A program made the translations under genes and the position numbers. Positions 1-8,735 of a DNA stretch of 35,103 nucleotides are shown here, in pieces. The DNA comes from Parcubacteria group bacterium GW2011_GWF1_45_5. GTDB taxonomy: Bacteria; Patescibacteriota; Minisyncoccia; UBA6257; Brennerbacteraceae. The stretch spans positions 8,249 through 43,351 of the forward strand of contig LCLB01000001.1 of assembly GCA_001001795.1 (NCBI GenBank), written 5' to 3'. Position 1 is the first letter of the stretch, and each line of letters begins with the position of its first letter. The notes under the pieces were generated by a model that saw nothing but the letters and a program-made list of their open reading frames with translations, was not told the origin of the DNA and searched no databases.

Positions 1-1
1 C

Positions 2-529
2 GTGAAGGGAAGCTTTGCCGTAGCGATGCGTGCAATACGGAACGTGGTGAACTTGGATGCGAGTATCGTCACCAACATCGTGGTGTGTTCAGAAAATTTC
101 CGTTTCCTCAAACAATATATCGATGTTCTTGTACAGGCACGGGTGAGCAAGACTATTTTCCTGTTCATTGTGCCCGAAGGGAATGCGTTGCGTAACTCGT
201 CTTTAATCCCGGCGCTTCCGGAAGTTATCCCGTACGTACAGGATGCCGTTGATTATGCCAATATAAAAGGTGTTTACCCTGCGCTAACTTTTTTCCCTTT
301 TTGTGCGCTTGATCCGTATTATATTTCGTATGCGGCGGAAGCATATATGCCGGACCGGTTTAAAGATCCCGAGGCGTTTTCCGCGCGGAGGCATAGGCCA
401 CCGCAGTGTCTCCGGTGCGCGTGTTATCGATTATGCCCCGGGGTCTGGGAAGCGTATTATACACTCCATAGTTTTTGTTTTAAGCCTTTCCCGGTACGCC
501 GCCGTAGTGTGGGATCTCGTCACAAGTAG
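2..529 (+). CDS. Radical SAM protein, HxsC-like; C-terminal part only (5' truncated by window)
   Basis: KGSF..AI.N barrel segment, FFPFC and C-terminal QCLRCACYRLCPGVW (CxxCx5CxG); co-linear with the next ORF. Confidence 0.85.
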   Translation: MKGSFAVAMRAIRNVVNLDASIVTNIVVCSENFRFLKQYIDVLVQARVSKTIFLFIVPEGNALRNSSLIPALPEVIPYVQDAVDYANIKGVYPALTFFPFCALDPYYISYAAEAYMPDRFKDPEAFSARRHRPPQCLRCACYRLCPGVWEAYYTLHSFCFKPFPVRRRSVGSRHK

Positions 530-532
530 CCG

Positions 533-652
533 ATGACCGGTAGATTATTGGTTTCTCTGCCACATTTTTTATCCCACGCGGTTCGCGCGCTGACGGAGGG
601 CGGTGGTATATCATGGAATCTCATTTGTTTTCTTAATATTCTTATATTATGA
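533..652 (+). CDS. Possible 39-aa small ORF (MTGRLLVSLPHFLSHAVRALTEGGGISWNLICFLNILIL)
   Basis: Hand-translated; ATG 3 nt after the upstream TAG, TGA at 650-652; no homology evidence. Confidence 0.2.
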   Translation: MTGRLLVSLPHFLSHAVRALTEGGGISWNLICFLNILIL

Positions 653-685
653 TAAACAGTACAGATAGCGGATATTCATACTTTC

Positions 686-1570
686 ATGCGTCATTACAGA
701 CTTTTCCTGACGAGTGTTCGCAATGAGAATTGTTCGTTTTGTTCGGTAAAAGACGATCCGTTTGTCTCCCTTTCTTTTTTGGATGCGGTTACCTTGCTCC
801 GGGAGGCTCGAAGAAAAGGTGCCGATTATTTAAGCATAGACGGAGGAGAGGTAACGATGACGTCCTACTTTACGAAACTGATTCAGCGAAGCGTTTCCCT
901 TGGTTTCAAAAAGATAGTCGTCAATACAAACGGTTTTGGTTTTCGCAATCGTGATTTTACCGAAACCGTTTTGGAAGAAAGGCAGCATATATTGAGGATA
1001 TGCATTTCCTTGTATGGTCATAATAAGCGCGTACATGACAGATTGACTAACGTAAAAGGAAGCTTCGATGCCACGATAAAGGCCATAAAAAACATAACCG
1101 ACATGCGAGGTGATCTTGTTGCCAGTCTGGTCGTATGCTCGGAAAACTTTCCCTTTTTGAAAAAATATATCGGCACTCTGAAACGATTGAAGATAAAAAC
1201 AGTGATTATATCATTTGTTGCAGTTGAGGATGATGTGTTATGGAAGCCGTCATTTGTTCCCGATATAAGAGATACCATTCCGTTTCTTCAAAAGGCAATT
1301 GACTACGCCAATACAAAAAATATAAGCATATCGCTTGTTTTTTTTCCTTTTTGCGTACTGGGTAAATATTACACCGAGTATGCGACCGAGAGGTATGCGG
1401 GCAATCGTTATAAGAATCAAAAAGAGTTTTTTAAAGGAAAACACATTTCGAAACAGTGTTTTGGATGCACCTATTACAATTCATGTCCGGGCGTTTGGGA
1501 AGAATATTATAAATTGCGCGGTTTCAGGTTCAGGCCCGTATCCGCAAGACTTCACGAGTCATCTAATTAA
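686..1570 (+). CDS. Radical SAM-fold protein with degenerate cluster motif (RxxxCxxC)
   Basis: VRNENCSFC, DGGEVT, NTNG, HDRLT..KGSF, FFPFC, QCFGCTYYNSCPGVW. Confidence 0.85.
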   Translation: MRHYRLFLTSVRNENCSFCSVKDDPFVSLSFLDAVTLLREARRKGADYLSIDGGEVTMTSYFTKLIQRSVSLGFKKIVVNTNGFGFRNRDFTETVLEERQHILRICISLYGHNKRVHDRLTNVKGSFDATIKAIKNITDMRGDLVASLVVCSENFPFLKKYIGTLKRLKIKTVIISFVAVEDDVLWKPSFVPDIRDTIPFLQKAIDYANTKNISISLVFFPFCVLGKYYTEYATERYAGNRYKNQKEFFKGKHISKQCFGCTYYNSCPGVWEEYYKLRGFRFRPVSARLHESSN

Positions 1571-1591
1571 TGAGTATTCATTTTGTTTCTA

Positions 1592-3517
1592 ATGGAACGC
1601 ATAGATATAAAAATAGGATTCCAATGCAATAATCGTTGTCTTTTCTGTATTCAGGGAGAGAGGCGGTACAGTGAGCCGGATAAGTCCGAAAAAGAAATAC
1701 GGGATATTCTGCGAAGGATGAGGAAAAACCATAACGGTGTTGTTTTCACCGGTGGAGAGCCGACCATAAGACCGGAGCTTTTGGACCTGGTGCGGTACGC
1801 TAAAGAAATAGGGTACCGGCATATTCAAATCCAAAGCAACGGACGGATGTTCGCGTATCCGGAATATTGTCAGGCGTTGATAAGGGCTGGATGTAACGAA
1901 TTTTCTCCCGCACTTCACGGTTCCACTTCTCGCATACACGACTCTTTGACTCGTGCGCCCGGCAGCTTCAATCAAACAGTTCGGGGTATCCGGAATCTGA
2001 AAGCGCTGGGTCAGCACATTATTACCAACAGCGTTGTCACCAAAATGAATTATAAAGATTTGCCCGCGCTGGCTCGTTTGCTGGTGAGTCTTGGTGTTGA
2101 TCAGTTCCAGTTTGCCTTTATGCATATTAATCCGGTCATAGCGCACGATTCTTCATTGATCCGAAAACTTGTCCCCCGATATCAAGAAGCAGTTCCTTAC
2201 ATGAAGAGAGGTATAGAGATAGGGGGAAAAGCGGGGATAAGGGTTATGGTTGAAGCAACGCCATATTGTTTTATGAAAGGATATGAGAAATATGTGTCCG
2301 AGCAGTATATTCCTTTCTCAAGCGTAGTAGACGGCAAAAAAGAAATAACGGATTACGGTTCATATAGGAAAAATATCGGAAAATCCAAAGGGCCTAAATG
2401 TAGTCAATGTATATATAATGGGGTCTGCGAGGGTCCTTGGGCCGAATATCCCCGTATTTTCGGGTGGTCGGAATTAAAACCCGTATATTCCGATCCAGAA
2501 ATTATATCCAGTACCGGTGCCGTAGACGAAAAGGAAAGCGTAAAACGTGGGAAAGGATCAAAGGAAGACCAATCGTCTTCCGGAAAGGTTTTTCTGGTCA
2601 TGACGGGCTTTTTATGCAACAACGATTGCGTTATGTGCAGCGTGAAACCCAAGGCGTTGCAGTATGTTTCCCGAAGCACAAAAGAGATTATCAAGGACAT
2701 GGAAAGGGGAATAAAGTCCGGCTATGAGAATATTGAATTTACAGGAGGAGAGCCGACAACAAGAGATGATGTATTATTACTGATCAAAAAGGCGAAAAAA
2801 TTGGGATACAGGGATGTCGCGCTCGGAACCAATGCCCGGACGTCGAGTTCTTTGTCGTTTTTGAAGGAATTGCAGAGAAATGGTTTAACCAGGTTGGTAA
2901 CAACAGTATACGGACCGACCCCGAAAGTTCATGATAAGGTGACCCGGGTGCGGGAAAGTTTCAGGCAAACTATTCAAGGTGTTAGAAACTCGCTTCGTTT
3001 AGGGATTATGACAAGCGTTAACACAGTTGTCTTCAATATGACTGTTGGTTCTTTGAGGGACACGGGGCTTTTTCTATTTTCTCTTGGTGTGAGGCATTGG
3101 ACTTTGCTCGATTTGATTCCGGACGGATATGTACACGATCAGTATTCGCTTTTTTCGGTGCACCCAGAAAGTCTACAAAATGCTTTGAAAAGAATAGGTC
3201 CGGTTCTTCCAAAATTCGGGCAGGTTTTATTCATGGACTTCCCTTATTGTTTATTCCCACCCTCATTATTGAAAATGGAAAACTGTCATTTCATTAACGC
3301 GAAAGAGAGAACCGAGATCATTAAACAGGTTGGCTATAATCCAAAGCGTTTTCAAGAAAAATCTAATACCTATTACGATATCCATAAAACCAGGGTTCGG
3401 AAATGCTCGAAATGCGTCTATCGCGACGAATGTGGAGGCGTCTGGGTTCCATTTCCGGATTCATATGGGGAGTCTTTTATTAAACCGTTTATCAGGAGAA
3501 TAGACAGGGATCGATAA
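1592..3517 (+). CDS. Tandem double radical SAM protein (two complete HxsC-like domains)
   Basis: Domain 1: CNNRCLFC, TGGEPT, QSNGR, TPYC, CSQCIYNGVCEG. Polar linker. Domain 2: CNNDCVMC, TGGEPT, FPYC, CSKCVYRDECGG. ATG 1592 preferred to TTG 1583. Confidence 0.9.
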   Translation: MERIDIKIGFQCNNRCLFCIQGERRYSEPDKSEKEIRDILRRMRKNHNGVVFTGGEPTIRPELLDLVRYAKEIGYRHIQIQSNGRMFAYPEYCQALIRAGCNEFSPALHGSTSRIHDSLTRAPGSFNQTVRGIRNLKALGQHIITNSVVTKMNYKDLPALARLLVSLGVDQFQFAFMHINPVIAHDSSLIRKLVPRYQEAVPYMKRGIEIGGKAGIRVMVEATPYCFMKGYEKYVSEQYIPFSSVVDGKKEITDYGSYRKNIGKSKGPKCSQCIYNGVCEGPWAEYPRIFGWSELKPVYSDPEIISSTGAVDEKESVKRGKGSKEDQSSSGKVFLVMTGFLCNNDCVMCSVKPKALQYVSRSTKEIIKDMERGIKSGYENIEFTGGEPTTRDDVLLLIKKAKKLGYRDVALGTNARTSSSLSFLKELQRNGLTRLVTTVYGPTPKVHDKVTRVRESFRQTIQGVRNSLRLGIMTSVNTVVFNMTVGSLRDTGLFLFSLGVRHWTLLDLIPDGYVHDQYSLFSVHPESLQNALKRIGPVLPKFGQVLFMDFPYCLFPPSLLKMENCHFINAKERTEIIKQVGYNPKRFQEKSNTYYDIHKTRVRKCSKCVYRDECGGVWVPFPDSYGESFIKPFIRRIDRDR

Positions 3518-3545
3518 GGATATATGATTAAGGTGTACAGTACAT

Positions 3546-4430
3546 ATGAGTGGTATCAGAAAAAAGATTAAAAATAAAGAAACGAGCCCATACGTTTACG
3601 TTGGGTATGCTTGCAACAATAATTGCATATTTTGCAGTGAGGCCGATGAATATCTTTCTGGGTTGAAGGAAAAGTCCATTGCGGAAATCAGAAAAGAACT
3701 CCGGATAATAAGAAAAAAATATGATTTCGTAAGCATCATGGGCAGGGAGCCGACAGTGAGAAAGGATATTCTAGAAATCATAAGATTTGCCCGGAGCCTT
3801 AAGTTCAGACAGGTGGGGTTGACAACGAATGGTCGTATGTTCTCTATCTCGTCTTTCACGAAAGCGGTTCTCGCTACGGGTATCAATCAAATCGGGGTTT
3901 CTCTTTCCGGGGCATCGGCCCGTATCCATGATCGCCAGACACTTGTCCCGGGAAGTTTTAAACAAACAATCGCCGGCATCAAAAGCATCATCAGATACAA
4001 AGGAAAAAACACAAGCCTTCTTGTTAACCTTCCAATGAACAGGTTGAATTATCGTAATCTTGGCGCGGAGCTGGAGCTATTAACCGGTTTAAGAGTCCGA
4101 GAGATAAATATTCTAAATATTTCCCCATTAAGCACGCGTTCTGCCACCAAAAAGCTGATTATGCCGATGCCCCGGCTTGGCGCTTACGTTTTTAATGTTT
4201 TAAAAAGAGGTGGTTTTTTGAACAAAACAGATTTGAGGGTTTTGTTGGTCGAATTTCCTCCGTGCAGTTTGCCGAAAGAGGCGCAGGTATATTCTTTTCC
4301 TTGCCTGGAGAAAAACAACGACAAAGTCAGAATCTCTCTTTGCAGACAATGTTCTTATAAAATTAAATGTGACGGAATCCTGAATTCATATCTTCGTTTG
4401 TATGGCGATAATGAGTTTATCCTGGAATAA
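3546..4430 (+). CDS. Radical SAM protein, HxsC-like
   Basis: CNNNCIFC, MGREPT (GGE variant), TTNGR, HDRQT..PGSF, FPPC, CRQCSYKIKCDG. Confidence 0.9.
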   Translation: MSGIRKKIKNKETSPYVYVGYACNNNCIFCSEADEYLSGLKEKSIAEIRKELRIIRKKYDFVSIMGREPTVRKDILEIIRFARSLKFRQVGLTTNGRMFSISSFTKAVLATGINQIGVSLSGASARIHDRQTLVPGSFKQTIAGIKSIIRYKGKNTSLLVNLPMNRLNYRNLGAELELLTGLRVREINILNISPLSTRSATKKLIMPMPRLGAYVFNVLKRGGFLNKTDLRVLLVEFPPCSLPKEAQVYSFPCLEKNNDKVRISLCRQCSYKIKCDGILNSYLRLYGDNEFILE

Positions 4431-4431
4431 A

Positions 4432-4572
4432 ATGAACACCGGAGCTTTAACCATATCTCGAAATAGGATATTGGATTTAGTTTACGAACCTCTCAAAAAA
4501 CCGGGCACTCTTTCCGGAATTCCTCGGTGGTTGTCGAAGAGATGTCCTTACACGATCCTTTATAATTTATAA
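4432..4572 (+). CDS. Possible 46-aa small ORF (MNTGALTISRNRILDLVYEPLKKPGTLSGIPRWLSKRCPYTILYNL)
   Basis: Hand-translated; ATG 1 nt after the TAA at 4430, stop 9 nt before the next ATG; fills the gap. Confidence 0.3.
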   Translation: MNTGALTISRNRILDLVYEPLKKPGTLSGIPRWLSKRCPYTILYNL

Positions 4573-4581
4573 TATCTTGAT

Positions 4582-5598
4582 ATGAAAAGAGCCGAAAACA
4601 ATCAGGGTGTTGCCCCAGGCGGGAGCGTTGTGACGCACGAGGCACATGCGTATATCCAACTGAACACTACTTGTAATCAAAAATGTTTATTTTGTAACAG
4701 ACCACCCATGGATCCGACGAAGGTCGTTAAGTGGTGTATTCCAAAATCGAAGGACGTCATGAAGGCAATCAAGGATAAGTTAAGGGATCCCGCGATGAAA
4801 AGAATTATCTTTACTGGCGGAGAACCTCTTTTATATCCCGACATTTCTAAAGTTATCCGTTTTGCGAAGAAGTGCGGTTTTATGGTCGAAATTCAAACAA
4901 ATGGTACGTTGTTGGACAGACAGATGATATCTACCTTGAAAGACGCCGGACTGGACATTATTAACTTCGGGTTGCACAGTCATAAGAAGAATGTCAGCAG
5001 CCAGTTGCGGGGTGTCCGGTTTGGCTTTGAAACCATTATAAAAAACCTCCGGCTTGCCGATAAAAACGGTTTTAAAATCCATATCATTCATGTCATTAAT
5101 TCGTTCAATTATAAAGACCTTCCCGGGTTTATTGATTTTATGCACAAGTTGCGTCTTCATAATCTTTGGTTGAATCTTAGTCTGGTTGTTCCGGAGGGCT
5201 GGGCATGGGAGAATAAACGAGTCATTCCCAGGGCGCGGGATATTAAGCCGTTTTTGCAAAAAGCGATGAAAAAATGTTCGACTTACGGAATTCGTTTTGA
5301 TGTTTCGGAAATCGTACCGTTGTGTATCGTTGACGGCTTTGAAAACCATGCCATTTCAACTTTATTCAAGATATCCCAATTTAAAATAGTGGATGATTAT
5401 CTTTCCGGGGTGCGGGGTCTCGATTTTTCCAAACCGTCTTCTTTACAGGCCGCAAAAGCTCCACAGTGCAAAAAGTGTACCATGAATGCGATATGCGCAG
5501 GATTCTACCCACGGCTTAAGGAACTCTACGGTGTAAGAGACTTTATCCCGCGTACAGATGATCCTTTACCGGTTTATAAGAAGCTACGCCTTATATGA
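4582..5598 (+). CDS. Radical SAM protein, HxsC-like
   Basis: CNQKCLFC, TGGEPL, QTNG, VPLC, CKKCTMNAICAG. Confidence 0.9.
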   Translation: MKRAENNQGVAPGGSVVTHEAHAYIQLNTTCNQKCLFCNRPPMDPTKVVKWCIPKSKDVMKAIKDKLRDPAMKRIIFTGGEPLLYPDISKVIRFAKKCGFMVEIQTNGTLLDRQMISTLKDAGLDIINFGLHSHKKNVSSQLRGVRFGFETIIKNLRLADKNGFKIHIIHVINSFNYKDLPGFIDFMHKLRLHNLWLNLSLVVPEGWAWENKRVIPRARDIKPFLQKAMKKCSTYGIRFDVSEIVPLCIVDGFENHAISTLFKISQFKIVDDYLSGVRGLDFSKPSSLQAAKAPQCKKCTMNAICAGFYPRLKELYGVRDFIPRTDDPLPVYKKLRLI

Positions 5599-6500
5599 TG
5601 AATGAAAAAGAACTGTCCAAAGCGGCAAGAATTGTTCCTCAAACCAATTTTGTTTTGTCGGAATTCATGGCGATGTTGGTCGGTGAAAAACCGGCCATAG
5701 TGACAAGTTTTCAGAATAGAGGAGAGGATAGCTTCATAAAGACCAATTTTCCAGGTTTATTTATGGCCATAGGAAATGGATCCTGGTACATAAAGGAACC
5801 GATTTTAGCCATATCCAGGAATAAAGAATTCGCCCGACAGGCAGCCGACTATCTTAATGTAGTCTCAATAGAGGCGCAAGGGAGGGTTCTGGGCTACCCG
5901 AATTGTTGCAGCAAGCGGCATGCTGATTTTTGTCGCGATGGCAAGGCGCTTGATTCGTCTTTTATTGTCTTCGAAACACACCGAAGTTCAGAGAAACATA
6001 ATTACCTGTTGAATAATCTTTTCAATTTTTACAGTAGGCTCGGGATGGACCAGGGGAGGTTTGATGATTTTATCCGATATGGTAAAGTCAATGAAAGAAT
6101 TTTAGGATTTTATGCCTTCCACCTGGAGTATATTTCTCATATACCTTGCCGTTACGACTGTCCCAAAAGTGTAAAAATCGGAAAAAGGATAGAGTCAATT
6201 TTGAGAAAATATGCCCCCGTGATGGAGAACAACATAAAATATTCCCTTGCGAAACCGGTATTATTCTTCAACCTTTTTAATCTGGTTGTGTTCGATGGTT
6301 ACTGCGAAGGCGACACCTTGTTTTATAGTAAGGTGGCGCCCCCTTATTTTCCTTCAGCCAGTACTTTGGTAGCGCTCCTTAAAGAAGGCAACAGAATTGT
6401 TGTTTCCGACCGCAGAATCTCGATATACAACGGGAACAAAAAACTATTTTCCTATAAAAAAAAGAGTATAAGAGACGGTTTTATCATCGATTTCAAATGA
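5595..6500 (+). CDS. DUF483-like cysteine-motif protein
   Basis: GRVLGYPNCC and HIPCRYDC motifs; ATGA overlaps with neighbours on both sides. Confidence 0.6.
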   Translation: MMNEKELSKAARIVPQTNFVLSEFMAMLVGEKPAIVTSFQNRGEDSFIKTNFPGLFMAIGNGSWYIKEPILAISRNKEFARQAADYLNVVSIEAQGRVLGYPNCCSKRHADFCRDGKALDSSFIVFETHRSSEKHNYLLNNLFNFYSRLGMDQGRFDDFIRYGKVNERILGFYAFHLEYISHIPCRYDCPKSVKIGKRIESILRKYAPVMENNIKYSLAKPVLFFNLFNLVVFDGYCEGDTLFYSKVAPPYFPSASTLVALLKEGNRIVVSDRRISIYNGNKKLFSYKKKSIRDGFIIDFK

Positions 6501-7762
6501 TTCCTTCGGGACAGAATCTTACATTAGATCAATCCAAGAATAAAATGAAAACAACCGACATATTTAAAGGCAAAGAGATCGAAGCATCTTCTCATGATTC
6601 CGTGCGCCATCCGGAGATGCTCTATATCAGCATAGACGAGCAATGCAATCAGAACTGTGCCTTTTGCGTGGTAAAAGGGGGTAACGAAGGGAAGTTCGGT
6701 TCAATGAGCACCAGCGCAGTGAAAAAGATGATCAGGGCATTTATTGGTTCAGGAGGAAGGCATATTATCTTTACCGGAGGGGAACCTACGTTGCGCAACG
6801 ACCTCCCCGGAATCATAGCGTACGCTGAAAAATTTGCAGGATTATACTCGATCGCCATTATTACCAATGGCACGCGTCTTTCCGATAAGCAGTACGGCAA
6901 AGACCTTCTTGCCGCTGATAAGAAGAACAAGCTCGGCATTTGTGTTTCCTTGCATTCCCACAAAGAAAGAATCAGCGAGTCGCTTACGCATTCTTTCGGA
7001 ACTTTCAAAAAAACAATGAGGGGGATCGAATATTTCGTGAATCACGGGAAGAACCTTTCGATATATCATGTAATCACCTCCCGGAATTACAAGGATCTTC
7101 CGGGATTCGTGAAGTTTTTAAATAAAACATATCCCAGGATAAAGGATGTTACCTTCGCATATCCGTTCCCTCAAGGGAATGCCCTGTTGAATGACTGGAT
7201 TTACGTAAAATTCAGCGCTTTGAAACCATATTTTTTAAGAACCCTTTCCTTTTTGGAAAAAGAGAAATACAACGTAAGCATAGCAAGCTGTGGACAGTTC
7301 CCTCTATGCATTCTGCCCGGATTCGAAGAAAAAGTGCTCCAGCCACTATCTGAGAGCGAGGAGAATGTCTCCGGTGTGGTTGGGGAAAAATCTTTTCATG
7401 AGTTCGAAATGTCATCCTCGGAATGGATTGATCAATATAAAATAGGAGGGAAAGGATGCCGTAATTGTATATTAAACAGGTACTGTCAAGGGTTTTGGAA
7501 AAAGTACGTCGATTTGTTTAGTTTTAACGGTATGCGACCGGTTACAATTTCTAATTTCAAGGGAAACAAAATAAGGGCACCATTAACTAGTGGAAAACAA
7601 ATGCAGGAGATGATCAATAGAATAAAAACAACCAAGATGAATCTTATTCTGCTTGCGCATGTTGACGATGATTATTTGAAAGGACTTTTGGAGTTCTTGA
7701 GAACAAAAAAGGTGTTTGCGGTGGTCGTACATAAGAAACGTATTTTATACCCTTTATCTTAA
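6497..7762 (+). CDS. Radical SAM protein, HxsC-like, with C-terminal extension
   Basis: CNQNCAFC, TGGEPT, ITNG, FPLC, CRNCILNRYCQG; the start could instead be ATG 6545. Confidence 0.9.
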   Translation: MIPSGQNLTLDQSKNKMKTTDIFKGKEIEASSHDSVRHPEMLYISIDEQCNQNCAFCVVKGGNEGKFGSMSTSAVKKMIRAFIGSGGRHIIFTGGEPTLRNDLPGIIAYAEKFAGLYSIAIITNGTRLSDKQYGKDLLAADKKNKLGICVSLHSHKERISESLTHSFGTFKKTMRGIEYFVNHGKNLSIYHVITSRNYKDLPGFVKFLNKTYPRIKDVTFAYPFPQGNALLNDWIYVKFSALKPYFLRTLSFLEKEKYNVSIASCGQFPLCILPGFEEKVLQPLSESEENVSGVVGEKSFHEFEMSSSEWIDQYKIGGKGCRNCILNRYCQGFWKKYVDLFSFNGMRPVTISNFKGNKIRAPLTSGKQMQEMINRIKTTKMNLILLAHVDDDYLKGLLEFLRTKKVFAVVVHKKRILYPLS

Positions 7763-7796
7763 GTATTTTTAGTCAAGGCGGTGGCATAAGCGTCAT

Positions 7797-8735
7797 ATGA
7801 AACAAATAAAAAAAACAGTCATTTTTTTCAGTTATACATGCAACAACAGATGCGTTTTTTGCATTAATTACAATAAAAGGAAGATTGCCGCGCCGTCTTA
7901 CACAGATGTTAAAAAGGATATATTGAATGCAAAAAGGAGAGGAAGCACGTATCTGGAACTCATCGGAGGGGAACCGACCATAGATCCCAATATCTTGGGG
8001 CTTATTCTGTTTGCCAAAAGAATGAAGTTCGAGACCGTTATGATGGCGACAAACGGCAGGATGTTCGCCTATAAAGATTTTACCGAAAAGATTTTACGCG
8101 TGGGCCTTAATAGCATTATTTTCTCTATTCATGGTCATACGGCAACGCTGCATGACTCATTGACCGGGGTGCAGGGGAGTTTTGCGCAATTGAATCAGGG
8201 GGTAAAAAATGTCCAAAAGATCTCCAAGAAACTTCACCTACAGGTAATGCTCGGGACAAATACAACCATTGTGAGGCAAAACTATAAACTTTTACCACGA
8301 ATCGGAGCCTATATAAAAAAAATCGGTCTTTATAACGCAGAGTTCATTTTCGTTGATCCAACGTACGGTGGGGCGCATGATGATTTCCGTACCCTTGTGC
8401 CCAAGATTTCGGAGATTGCGCCATACGCTCATGCATGCTTGGATATTGGAAAGAAATACAAGATTCAGCACTGGCATATCCGGTATGTTCCCTTGTGTTA
8501 CTTTCAGAATTATCTTGACCAAATCAGTGAATTGAATGAAATAAATGTTTATAGTAATGTCGAGCACATTGCCCCTGACTTTTACAATTCACATGCTCTC
8601 GAAGGAAGGAAATTAGTAGGGAGGGCGCGTCCTTCGAAATGTAAAGGGTGCGGACTTTATGCGATGTGTGAGGGGATATGGAAAGAATATCTTCGCCATT
8701 ATGGCGATTCTGAATTAATCCCTCAAAAGGCATGA
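7797..8735 (+). CDS. Radical SAM protein, HxsC-like
   Basis: CNNRCVFC, IGGEPT, ATNGR, HDSLT..QGSF, VPLC, CKGCGLYAMCEG. Confidence 0.9.
   Translation: MKQIKKTVIFFSYTCNNRCVFCINYNKRKIAAPSYTDVKKDILNAKRRGSTYLELIGGEPTIDPNILGLILFAKRMKFETVMMATNGRMFAYKDFTEKILRVGLNSIIFSIHGHTATLHDSLTGVQGSFAQLNQGVKNVQKISKKLHLQVMLGTNTTIVRQNYKLLPRIGAYIKKIGLYNAEFIFVDPTYGGAHDDFRTLVPKISEIAPYAHACLDIGKKYKIQHWHIRYVPLCYFQNYLDQISELNEINVYSNVEHIAPDFYNSHALEGRKLVGRARPSKCKGCGLYAMCEGIWKEYLRHYGDSELIPQKA

Noticed and set aside
649-726. 25-aa ORF MINSTDSGYSYFHASLQTFPDECSQ with one His-Xaa-Ser
   Set aside because: A single HxS rather than a repeat; overlaps the 686 gene out of frame; likely chance
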